In this document: positions 1-13,309 of the stretch, piece by piece
Position numbering within the stretch: position 1 is the stretch's first letter
Layout: each line of letters opens with the position of its first letter
Assembly (NCBI GenBank): GCA_004022145.1
Contig: RCNU01000014.1
From: Paecilomyces variotii
Lineage: Eukaryota
DNA: 64,000 nucleotides
Strand: one strand, 5' to 3'
Translations under genes and position numbers: made by a program
Notes under the pieces: model-generated
Databases searched by the model: none
What the model was told of the DNA's origin: nothing
What the model saw: the letters and a program-made list of their open reading frames with translations, nothing else

Positions 1-1612
1 CTGAGTATTGGAACAGTTTGGCAAGGGCAGATGAGCTGAATCCGCTCGCAGGTGCAGTCACATTCGCGCTACCGTTTCCACTACCGTGGAGAGGAAGTGT
101 CAGCATCATGCGGTCTCATCAAGAATCGATTGGCCGTTTCTTACCTGCCACCGATTACCTGATAGAGAAGAGAGGGTACTTGATACTTCGGTGCAAAAGC
201 ATTATAGACGCTGCCCCACGTTAAGGCCGTAAGGTCATATATTGCAACGCCCTTCGTTTCCCAGTCGCAGCCACGTAAAAGGTCGCTATCATTGGCACCA
301 CCGATGGTGATCATTTGCCTTGCTCCCACCATGTTGCAGGTATGTCCGTAGCGAGGGGAATTCCCTTGGAAGATTTTCGTCCAGGTGAAGGAAGGAAGAG
401 ACAAGATATAGATTTGATCGAACGTCTGGTCGCCATTCCGCCCACCGTAAAGATAGATATTGTGGCTGGACTTATCTGGAGCTTCCATCGCAACCAAGCA
501 GAATTCGATTCGTGGATCCGGTATATCCCCTGACGTTTCCTGCGGATACCAGGTACCGTTTTGACGCGTGTCATCGATAGATGCGACATCGATTAGATCG
601 ACGGTCCCCATCGACAGCTATGCCACAGATATCAGTCAGCCCCTAGTTGATAGTTTACGGCGCGATCAGCACATACGTAGGTCGCTGTAGATGAATTGCT
701 GCTCTCAGCAACACTCCGCGTCATGCCTCCAATTGCTACTATGATCCCCTTTGGACCAGCGCCAGGTACGTAGGCTAGACCGCCCCCTATTCTTGGAGTG
801 CGATCGAGAGACGCAGTGGAAACGTTCATGGCCGTCTGCGTGTCTGTGTCGGTGACGATGAAACCATTAAGGTAGCGTTCGAAGCCTGGTCTCAATGCCA
901 AGTTGTTGTCGCTACCTGTGTCAATTTCACCATCAAGCCAAAAAGCCAAGCCGAGTTCTGGAGCTTCAGCATACGCTCCTGATGCTGGTCTCTCTGGAGC
1001 ATTCAATGTCACATCGTACTGATCCCACGTCTTGGCCACAGTGTCATAGGACCACAGCGAATACTGGTTAGATGTCGGATATTGCCATCCGGGAAAGGTT
1101 GTATTTGCGAAATCGACTGTTCCTCCATATAGATAGATGTTGTTGTCATTGTCACTTCCGCGATACAGCGCAGCATGGCCAACTACCGGTGGAAAAGTAC
1201 CGGTCTGAGGATTCGCCGTTTTGTCGACCTTAACTATCGATATGTTTGACTTCCAGTCCCATGAAGTCGACATATCAATCTCCAGAAGGTAAGTATCTAT
1301 CATTCCTTAAACATTGTCCCGTTGGTCGCTCAAGGCAAAGAGATCACGAACTGTATCCTATTGTCTGGACACCCTCCGGTGCCCCTTGGTCGTTGCTCGC
1401 GACAAAGACCTCTGTTCCACCGTCGATATATATCGTGCCATTTTTTAAAGTCGCTGTCTCCGTTAGCGGATACCAAAATGTTATCAATAAGCAGAACACA
1501 TACATTGGTGGTACAACCGTTTACAAAAGTTTGTAACGGGGTCTATTCCTGGGATATCCTCAGCTGAAGCTGCTGAAATAAAAGCGAGGACTGCTGCTAA
1601 CAGAAACCACAT
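1..1612 (-). CDS. Secreted/membrane kelch-repeat (galactose oxidase-like beta-propeller) protein, multi-exon, 3' end runs off the window
   Basis: ATG at 1612 gives a signal peptide (MWFLLAAVLAFISAASAE). Kelch-like blades occur in ORFs 632-1303 and 141-611 (IYLYGG twice, IVAIGG, RYGHTC, MITIGG). GT-AG introns join the ORFs, and the frame stays open to position 1 (GNGSANVTAPASGFSS). Confidence 0.8.
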
Positions 1613-3111
1613 TTCCGCTTCACCCAGGCGACTACGGCCGTAGCAACGGAAAGGGAACAATGACATAAAGTCGAGAGACGTAGAAGATTTGCGACAAGAA
1701 AGTTGATAACAGCTGGGCCTCGACCAGACCAAGATCGATTATTATTATTCTTCCCCACTCCGTTGCTAGCGAAGTCCTGCCCAGCAAGTATCCTCATCTC
1801 GTGTCAGGCCATGATCCAGTTCAGCCATTGGCTCAGGCCTTGAAGTGGTGAGCCCGCCGTATGCCATAGACTGATGGTGCAGAAATCATGGAGGGCGTAA
1901 TTGACCATAAGCACTTGTTGGGTAGCTACTCAAGTGTGCTGTCAACATTTGGAAAGGACCAACTGCTTATTTGCGCCAATCTTCCTGCGTTGGGCAAGAT
2001 AGCCCCAGTAGGAAAAGGCCGGGGGCAAACCGGTCAGTGTACTAGCGCCCGCGCAGTGTTGGCTATTCAATAGAGCCCAGGGGGACTGCACTCACACTAT
2101 GGTACAATATCATCGAAGAACAGTAAAACAGCTGAAGTTGGTGCTGACAGGAGGGGGTAGATTTGTTCCAGCTTGCTGACAAACGAACACATTCAGCTCT
2201 CGTTGCCCAGCACTATCAACGAATAGGATCATGCGGACCGGCCAACTCTTTAAGGAAATAGACCAGCGCAACATGGACGAAGATTCCAAGACCCTCCTGG
2301 ATGGGTTCCAGAGCAACGCCTTCAAGCCTTCAAGTTAGCGTCGGTCTCTTACTACCATTTCTTGATAGCGTGTATGCAGGTAAGCATCATTCCAATCCAT
2401 GTCGGCAACAGTGTTTTATCGAAGCGACGCTGGCTCGATTAGGCTGTATCTTGGGAGTGTTCAGAAACGGTTTGACTGTAGAAAACTTACAGTGTCTTTT
2501 CCAAAATCTAGTCTCAAGACATTCTAAGTAGCTGAAATAAGATTAGATTTCTTGCCGCCTCACATTTAGCAACAAAATGTCGATTTCTGATTAGTTGCCT
2601 AGGCGTAAGAACAGCTAGTAAAATCCACAATTTCCTCGGCCTCTGGAGGTGTCTGGGTAAAGGAGTATCATGTTTTAGTTAGACTAAAGACACAGGAAAT
2701 AGAAATACATCAGGGGAAATTCTAGAGTATCTGTCGTGTTGTCCTCATCCTGACATCAGGCAGAAACTGCGGGGATTGAACTATTGCTGTGAATATTCGA
2801 ATCAGTGATTCATGTCAAATATTGAATGGCACGGAAGCAAGGTCCTGACCTGAATAACTTGAATTGCTTGCTTCTAGGTCTGGGGGGGGATTTGATCCTA
2901 TATGTATCTTTAGCATCCAAAGAATCTATGCTAGATCCTAGTGATCTAGTAGGTTCCATCCTATATTTAGGACCTGCTGCAAACGGATGATTGGCAGATC
3001 ACCTGGCGTTTGCTTTGTGCGCCGACGAATTATCTGAATGTCTTTATCTCTGAAGAAATCAATAGATTTCTATACATTCCAGTCGGTCATATCAGTCCAG
3101 CTGCAGCCAAA

Positions 3112-3977
3112 ATGTCTTCCTTTATGCATCCTAAGGCCAATGGGGCTCCATGTAGCAGCAGCTTCCTGGATTTGGAATGTGCGAGCAAAATATATCCTTA
3201 TCAGGGAATAGAACGATTCGGGTGAATTTGGGATAAAGAATCGCGTATGATATATGAGATGGAACACAAGACAGCGAGTGGGTCTTATTTTCTGATCTGA
3301 ACGAGGATATGTTTAACCGTGATTTTCTTAAATCGGCCGACAAGATTATTCTGAGGAGCTAGAACTCCTACGATATAATCAGACATCTTTTGCTTGGAAA
3401 AATACCTATCTTGCCTGAGCATAAAGCTGCTAAAGTCGCGGTCGAGGATGTGATATCCAGCAAGCTCTGATCGATAGGAATTTATAAGGCACTGCATATC
3501 AATGCAAGCGCAACCCGCTACAGAGACGACGGTGCAAAACAACCTGACTGTCAGTACTCCCCAATAAGACCACCTCAGGGTCGAGCAAAGCGCTGGCTGA
3601 CTGTCGCCTTGGGGATAGCGGTGTCAGAAAGATCATCAAAATTGATGTCCGGTGTGAGATGGTGGCTCCGTCAGCTTAACGGGGCTACAGAAGCCGTGTT
3701 GATTCTAAGAGTCGACCATAATATCCTTAAAATCACTTTGGAAAAATGGGTCAGAGATGGAAATGGGCGTCCTCACAGAGAAACTTCAATAACTGTCCAG
3801 AGAGGTGCCAACAATGCTATAAATATCGACAACGGGCCCCTTATGATTGGTTTCGAGCAAATCATTTTACGCTCCCCGACCACGCCAAAAGAGACAGACA
3901 TGGTATCTAGCGATGAAGAGTTACGGGAGATTGCGACTTGTGTTTGGATTGAACAAGACTTTTGGGACTGTGAATAA
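3112..3977 (+). pseudogene. Disrupted fungal PD-(D/E)XK / Uma2-like nuclease-fold gene
   Basis: Reading through stops gives WVLFSD...SYD...LLLGKIP..EHKAA...KQPDCQYSP...WLTVALGIAVSE...RWWL...ITLEKW...IILRSP...VWIEQ, matching the family pattern KxPD...WPTVxxExxxSE. Stops at 3223, 3255, 3360 and 3468, plus a frameshift near 3230-3257. Confidence 0.65.
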
Positions 3978-4403
3978 GGCGCGTTGATACAGATTGCCAT
4001 GGATTAGTGCTTGATAGCGGACCACGGCTACGGGCCTGTAAACATAATTATTAATGTAATTTATTACCACGCGCATATCTGCTAGTATGGCATCGAATCT
4101 TGTTCGGTAGACAGTTCAACTGATATCTGATATGTTAGAAAGAAGAGAATCAACAATATCTTCAATGTCTTAGATGGCCAATGTGAGAGAACCGGATATG
4201 GCTACGTGTTATCTTGAATCTCTATGTCGCTTGGGGGAAAATGCGGGAGAATGATACAGTTCGATGGAGATTGCTTTTCTATTCAAGTCTTGTATTGCCT
4301 GCAATTCGTAGACGAAGAAGTTCGTTTTCGATTTTCAACCATTTAATAGCAGTAATTCCACTTCGCTCTCAACTATATTATTCCCTTCAAAGAGATATAT
4401 AGC

Positions 4404-4522
4404 ACATACGACCATAGGGTGTGGAAAACAGGGCTTCCCGTCCGCTCAGCCGTACTTAAGCCACACGCCGGCAGGTTAGTAGTTGGGTGGGTGACCACCA
4501 GCGAATCCCTGCTGTCGTATGT
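4404..4522 (+). rRNA. 5S ribosomal RNA gene (dispersed copy)
   Basis: ACATACGACCATAGGGTGTGGAAAACAGGGCTTCCCGTCCGCTCAGCC...GTTAGTAGTTGGGTGGGTGACCACCAGCGAATCCCTGCTGTCGTATGT, 119 nt, with complementary ends (helix I). TATA-like CTATATTA lies about 30 nt upstream. Confidence 0.97.
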
Positions 4523-4545
4523 TTTTTTTTTTTTTTTTTTTTTTT
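4522..4545 (+). terminator. RNA polymerase III poly(T) terminator of the 5S gene
   Basis: 24 consecutive T at the 5S 3' end. Confidence 0.9.
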
Positions 4546-5532
4546 GTTTTGTTGATACAACACCCTCTATCTCTGTATTCAATCAATTGTAGAAATGCAA
4601 TAATCCAATATTAATACGCTCGATCACATGATCATTTAGACCTAGAATATCCTTTTCGCACCAACGGCGTTTCTGCGCGGTGTCGGCATCCCGTCGCGAG
4701 AATCGCTCGGGAAGAAGGACCGCGTCTCGCTCTTGTCCACGACTGCCGTATACACGACGTAATTTGGGCCTTATGAGGAAATAAAAATTGGTACTTGGGT
4801 ACTTCTATGTGTGTATTTTCTAGTTTGGGGTTTATTTTTGTCGTATATGGCTCGTTGGTGGTATAATCGCGCGTATTGTGTATTGCGGTTATACTCCGAA
4901 GTCTGATTATATATTTCTGTGTACAACATGTAGTATATACCTGAACGTAACCTATATTATCTTCTAGATGAACAACAAAACACAACCCAAAGCATGGAAA
5001 AGTCAGATTATCGAGCAAAAAACGACCACAGATTAAGATCTACGCATCTATATTCACATTAAAGTCCATTTGAAGTATATAAAGATCGTTGGTAGTTCTA
5101 AAACCCGTCCTCAGACCGACGCCAAGAGTAAACTGTTTTACGAGATTCGTGATCATCTACGTTTTCAAGCACTTACAACGGAGAAAACCACATAGATGGA
5201 TTGCCTGCTACCCACATAATACCACAGTACTATTCTTTGAAGTCATCATCAAGCCAATGTGGTAAGATCAAGAGGGTAAGCCAGCAATACGAGAACCATC
5301 AAGACACCTCGACACCTGAAAACAGATAGTGGGACCCGACACACAGGAAAACACGAGAAGACGCGAACTACACCAAGACGCGTACACACACAATGCTAAT
5401 AGAGCACCAGAGATACAAGTACTACGAGAGGACAGACTTTGAAGTTATTTTAACTGATCATATTCATAGTTGGACCGCTTCTCGACATCGGAGAGCGTGA
5501 CGTGCATAACTCCGGCCCAGGTACCAGCTTCA

Positions 5533-6219
<687 letters not shown>

Positions 6220-7006
6220 GTTGATAGATGTGGATTAAGATTTTTTAAAGTTGTAGAGACGTGGAGATGGATGAAGTTGAAACTCGTGGATAGAGACTTA
6301 GCTGGATGGAGAGAAGAGTGACTGGTAGCTGGGGCGAGAGATATTTCTATATCTAAGGGCAGAGCGCGGGGAGTTGCTGGAATCACGCACTAGCAGGGAG
6401 ATCGACCAATCAGCGCGCGCAGACCTAGCGGCGGGTGTGATCTGCCGGTGCCTTGGCCGCGAACCTCTGATTCCGCTGGCAGAGACTTGATCCTGCCGGG
6501 AGAGCCAATAACGACGGAGATCAAAGACGTTGAATTCTCAGCTGTGGCCTTTGAGACTATGTTCATCATTCTGGAGCCCTTGATCGAGCCACATTACAGC
6601 GTGGTGGTTGGGATCAAGAAGGGGTGATTGGCATTCTAGATCTGTGATCCTGGGCTCCCATTGGCTGGCGGGTGACATCTCGCTTAGCGCTCCGGGAGCA
6701 AGGGTAACGTGCCTGCAGTTCTTTGAGTCTCCCAGCGAAACTGCCACGCCGAAATCACGGCTTATGGTGCACTGCTTTCCGATCGGTTTTCTGATCAAAA
6801 AGAATCCGCGCTAAGACCACCCAAACTTGCTGGCAGCACCCAGATCACCCGCCCGCCCTCGTCTCCTACAAATACCCTCCCCCACCCACCTCCTCCATCC
6901 TTCTTACAACTCACTCAGTCATCCACTCAACGCCCATCAAATCCATCGGTTTTATCCGACTTCCATCAATAAAACACATCAAATCCATCAAATAAACATC
7001 TAAACA
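6220..7006. promoter_or_regulatory. Bidirectional H4/H3 promoter
   Basis: Lies between divergent histone ATGs. Contains four CCAAT/ATTGG boxes (6406, 6505, 6627, 6660), TACAAATA at 6867, 11 GATC and three GCGGGTG copies. Confidence 0.85.
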
Positions 7007-7552
<546 letters not shown>

Positions 7553-8016
7553 ATTCCTTCTTGAGTCGAAATTAATTCGGGTTTGACTCTTATGGGTTGG
7601 CGATACGGTTTTCTTTGCTTTTCTATCACGACTACTGGCGAGAAATGATGGGTTCTGCTTTTTATCAATGGGTCATCAGTACTGGGTTGTCTTATTTTCT
7701 CTCGAGCACTACATAGCAGATAGCTAGGATCGAAGAAACGGCTGGGTGGATTTGGTCATGGGCGTATCCCAAACATCATGTACATTAGTGGAAAGCTCTT
7801 CCAAAGAAATGGTGTCCTATCGAGCGCACCTCATGACATAGACGCCGAAATGCGAGTTTCTACGTCTTGAATAATTCAACCCAGTTCCATCTTCTTAATA
7901 TTGGTCTTCGCACCTTGTAGTATATTGTGGTTTCTCGTAGGGAGTGACGCGTCGTCGCGACCGTTGAGTCGCGACTCGTTCCTCAGCTCCACGGTCGCAC
8001 GATGCGAGGTGGGTAT

Positions 8017-8144
8017 TGTTGAAGGCCCCCTCCGGCTGCCCCTTTCGGCGCCCTGCTCCCTAGCAATCACATGACCTAGCAAGCCCATATAGGCTTCGCC
8101 TAGCTCCTAGATCCAATTAAGCAAGCTTTCTCCCGCTTCCTTTA
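8017..8144 (+). repeat. 5' LTR of the copia element
   Basis: TGTTGAAGGCCCCC...CTTCCTTTA, 121/128 identical to 13182-13309. Confidence 0.95.
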
Positions 8145-11100
8145 GGTTATATCACCCTTATCTTTACCCCTTAAGCTATAAGCTGGTTATCTATCGAATT
8201 GATATTTTAATTATCCTATTAAATTCTTTGGGTTCTAATTACTTATTTTAAGCTTTTATAGCTTTAAAATATGCCTAATTTTAATATTTTATTAACCTGT
8301 GAAAATTTTTCTTTAATAAATTCTTAAAAAGCCCTAATTGCTAAAAGTGCTAACTTAAGGGTAAGCATATTTAGTTATTTATTATAGTTTAATATAATAT
8401 AATAATATTATTATTTTAAACACTATATTATATTTAAAGGAGCTTTACTAATTATCTAATTAAATCTAAATTATAGTCTAATATCTATTATATATGCGCA
8501 GGCAGCTGTATCTAAAGGATTCTTAGCTATTTTAATATTATAATAAGTAGCTAATCTTTTATTAAGTAAACTAATTCTTTCTATAAAGCCTATAGATCCT
8601 ATTCCTAATAAGTAATTATAAGAAGAGACTAGGATAATATTTATATAGCTAGAGAAGACTTATATAGAGATCTTTTATAATACTTTAATAGAATTAGTTT
8701 ATAAAACTACTCTTCTATTATATGTTCCCTTATAAGAGATATTATACTAACCTATAGAATAGGAACTAAATAATATTTGTCCTATTATATTAGATATATA
8801 TTAGGGTTTATTCCTATAATTAAATACTTAAGGCTGTTAATAATTAATGTTATAGTTAGTACTAGTAATAAACTCTATTATTTTATTAAATTAGCCCCTG
8901 CTATAGTAGTAAGAGGAATATTATAATATTAAAATTAATCTATTATGCAAGTAAATTAATAATATATTTAAATAGTTAAAGGTATCTTAGCTATAGTTAA
9001 ATAGTAGTAATTTTTAGAATTAAAGCTAATAATTTAAGCTTGCTATTAGCAATCTTAATATTAAAAATCTTAATATCTTTAATTAAAGCACTTTACCTAA
9101 AGGAGATAGTTAATAATAGAAGATTACTTAATTTATTATAAGGAATTAGATTATAGTATTGCTAGACCCTAAAATTTTTAAGATTATTTAATTTTTAGAT
9201 TAGCCTATAATTACTAATATTTAGCTAGAGCTAAATAAGTAATTTAATATTATTAGATCTATATATTAGGTAAAGCTTTATTAAGAATTTATAGAGCTTA
9301 TTAATCTCCTTATATTAACCTTACTTACCTCTACCTATATAAAGGCAGAGTATATCCTTATAAAGCTTTAAGGTCTTAATATTATATTAGAGAATCTTTT
9401 CTATAATTAATTCCTAAATTTTATTATTATATAAAAGCTTAGTTAGGTAAATAATTATTTTAAGCAGTTCTATACTACTAGCACTATTAAATATTTAAAT
9501 ATTAAAAATCTAAATATTAAAGAGATATTAAAGGATCTTATCTAATATAAAAAGGCTATTACTAATATTAAATCTATATAAAGACTAATAGTTTAAAATG
9601 CCCTAATAATATTAAGGCCTATAATAAAGTCTATAGATTTAAGACTTAGAGCTCTATAAAAGCTATATAATATCTATAATAGAATAGGCTATATTATAGA
9701 AAAGTATTAGATAATATATTTTAAACTATATCTACTATAGAATTAGGATAATATAACCTCTAAATCTATAATATTATTAAGTCCTAATCTCTTAGTTTAA
9801 TCTATAGTTTATTAAGTTAATAGTATTTCTACTATACCAGGAGTAATATCTATATATTATATAAAGGGGAATTAGATATTAAATACTAGCTTAGATATCT
9901 ACCTTACTATCTAAAGGGAAGTATTCTTAATATTTAAACCTATAAGGATTTCTATAGCTTACTTTAAGGATATTTATAAAGAATAATTATTATTTTAAGA
10001 AACTAGTACTATTCTAATATAATTTAATAATATTCTATTATTTATCTTAGATATTTATTATACTCTTAGAGCTAATAATAATATCTTATTATTTACTCTA
10101 TTAAGGAGTTAGAGATTTAAGATCTTTATAAGTAAAGATAATAAATATTTTATTATAAAGATCTTAGAAAGTAGCTGTTTTTATAATACTATTATTCTTA
10201 AAGGATAAAGATATTTAATATATTCTATAATATCTTCTTTTAATAAATAAGTCTATATTGCTTTATTTATTACTGCTATAAATACTCTTAAATAAGATAT
10301 TATTACTTAATTAATTAATCCTAAGCTGCTTAAAGCCTTATCTTCTTATTATATTGCCAGATCTCTAATAAAATAATATTAAATTCTTAGTTATACTAAT
10401 TAAGGCAACTTACTCTGCTTAATATATAACCCTCTTTTTAGCATTACTATTATAGGAGCTAAAGATCTTTTATTCTATACTATCTGCTAATAGGCTAAAA
10501 TTATTAGGTAGGTCTTATAAAGACCTATACTTAAAGCTATAATACCTGCTAAATATCTCTATATTAATATTATTAGTAGCAGATATATATTAGATTATAA
10601 AATAGATAAAGACCTTCCTAGCTATATTAAGATAAGATATATACTATTAATTATAGATAATACTACTTACTATAGGTAGGTATATCCTATAGCAGATAGA
10701 GCCTATATTCTATCTTTTATTAATAATTTAATATATTAATTAAATATAGAGGGTTTTTAAATTGCTTATGTCTAGTTAAATAATAAGCTCTATACTAAAG
10801 CTCTAGACACTTTCTTTAAGATACTAGGTATTACTTATAAACCTATAGCTACTTATATACTTTAGCAAGATAGTATAAGTAAACACTTTATAAGAACTAT
10901 TATAGAATAAGCCTAAGCTATAATAATTAACTTAAGTTTAAAATACTCCTTTTAGCTATATACTATTTAATATAATATATATATTATAAATTAAATCTCT
11001 ACTTTAATTCTATTATTCTATAACTATACTCTAGGAGCTATATCTTATAGTAGTAATATTAAACCTATTAAATAATATATTTTAGCTTAAGCTTAGAGGA

Positions 11101-13181
11101 ACGCCCTTATTATAGCTTTATACCTGTACTAATTTAAAGCTCTAGTATATTATTTGCTAACTGGCCCTAAAGCTTTATTAAGTAAGCTCTTTCTAAAGGG
11201 TAAACTAGCCTTATTTTTTAGTATATTTAATAAAAGTAATATATTACTATTAGATATTATTACTAAAATAGTAATATAAACTCTATATTTTTATATAGAT
11301 AATATTGCTACGCTAGTAAAGCTTAGCCTTAAGCTTTATAAGCTAGCGTTTATTATCTTAGCTATTATATTAAATCTAACTAATACTAAGGATTCTATAG
11401 TATATAATAAAGAAACTAACCTTATTAAAGATCCTAATATTATCTAGTGCTAATCTATTAATTTAATAAGGATTTATATAGTCTTATTCTAGGAAGAATT
11501 AAATATTCTTAGATTCTATAAAGCTATTATAATATATATTAAAGCTCCTTAATAGTAGGAAGCTATAAAGAAAGAAATTAACCTGCTAATATAGTAAAAG
11601 TACTAGTATTTAATCTATTAAAATAAGCTTCTCTTTAGGACTTATCCTATACTTAGTAGATAAGTATATAAGAAGAAAGAGGGTCCTAATAGTTTAATTA
11701 TTTATAAAGCTTACTAGATTATCTATAATAATATACTTAATAAGATTATATTTAATATAATAACCTATGCTCTAGTAATCTCTGCTATAATTATTAATAT
11801 ATTAATAGTATCTGCTACTTATTATAGCTAGGCTATTCTTTAGGCTAATATTATATAAGCCTTTCTAAATAAGAAATTAAAATATAATATTTATATATTT
11901 TAGCCTACTAGCTTTTATAAAGATAAAGATAGTATTTTAGTTTATAAATTAGACTAAGCTTTTTATAGATTAACCCCCTCTATAAAGATATAATATAATA
12001 TCTTAGTAGAGTACTTATTTAATACTGGGTTTAAGCTATCTCTATATAACCCCTGCCTTTAGATTTTAACTATTATAGAAAATATCTATATTATTACTTA
12101 TATTAATAACTTCTCTATATATACTTTTAAGTAATTTATTGCTTAGGCAATTTATAATAATATCTCTAAGTAATTTAAAATAAAGAACTTAGGGCCTATT
12201 AAGTATTATTTAAGAATAGAAGTCTCTTATAATAAGAAGAATATATAGCTTATCTAGATAGAGTATATATATAAATTTATTTAATTTTTTAGATAAAAAG
12301 ATTTTAGCTATATTAAATCCTTTATAGATTTTAAGCTTTAAATTAATAATAAGCTTAATTTTATAGTTAATACTAAAAAATATTAATAGAATATTAGTTA
12401 CTGCTAATAGTTAGCTATTAAGACTTATTTTAATTTATTTAAGATTATAAGCCTATTAGCTAAGAAGAATTCTTGCCTAATTTTAAAGAGCTATATAGCT
12501 TTAAAGTATATTATATATTATTTAGCTAAATACTCTAACTATAGCATTATATATTATAAAGGTAATAGAGATATTAGACTCCTATAAGCCTATTATAACT
12601 CTAATTATGCTAGGGATTATAATAAATATTATTCTATATTAGGATATATCTTTATACTTACTAGTAGACCTATTTTATAAAAGACTTATAAATAAATCTA
12701 TATCTTAATTAGCTCTAATAAGGCAGAATATATAGCTATTTCTAAAGCTGCTAGAGAAATCTAGTAAATATATTATTTAATAATTAATATAGGTATTATA
12801 AAAGATATTAGTTTAATTACCTTAAATATTAATAATAATAGAGTCTAAGATCTAATCTATACTTCTACTAACATTAAATATTTTAAATATATTAATATAT
12901 AGTTTTATTATATCTATAATATGCTTGCTTAAGATATAATTAATTTAAAATATATTAATTCGGCAGATAATATTGCTGACGGTTTTATTAAAGGGCTAAT
13001 AATCCTAAAATTCTAGATATAGCTTAGATAGCTTAGCTTAACTATAATTATTTAATCATATAATTAGACTGCTTATTTCTTTACTTTTATATACTGTCTA
13101 TTTTCTAGTTAGTCCTATTTATTTATATTTAGTTATTTAGATAGTTATTATATATTCCTTAGTGCTTAATATAAGAGTAGG

Positions 13182-13309
13182 TATTGAAGGCCCCCTTCGG
13201 CTGCCCCTTTTGGCGCCCTGCTCCCTAGCGATCACGTGACCTAGCGAGCCCATATAGGCTTCGCCTAGCTCCTAGATCCAATTAAGCAAGCTTTCTCCCG
13301 CTTCCTTCA
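13182..13309 (+). repeat. 3' LTR of the copia element
   Basis: TATTGAAGGCCCCC...CTTCCTTCA, preceded by purine-rich ATAAGAGTAGG (degenerate polypurine tract). Confidence 0.95.

Larger units (their letters stand above)
8017..13309 (+). mobile_element. Full-length Ty1/copia LTR retrotransposon (5293 bp), inactivated by RIP
   Basis: Paired 128-bp LTRs and 5-bp TSD GGTAT (8012-8016, 13310-13314). The interior is extremely AT/TpA-rich. After reversing transitions the motifs appear in copia order: CCHC knuckle (9666), W-x-L-D-T-G protease (9873), integrase QQDGVSER (10863), RT YVDD (12099), RNase H ADGFTK (12975). Confidence 0.95.

Noticed and set aside
2943-2964. 20/22-nt match to 22272-22293 (GATCTAsTAGGTTCCATCyTAT)
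   Set aside because: A match of this quality is roughly expected by chance among all position pairs in 64 kb, and it does not extend.
8145-13181. Centromere, NUMT or foreign AT-rich DNA
   Set aside because: The AT-rich block is bounded exactly by LTRs and a TSD and contains in-frame copia motifs, so RIP explains the composition.
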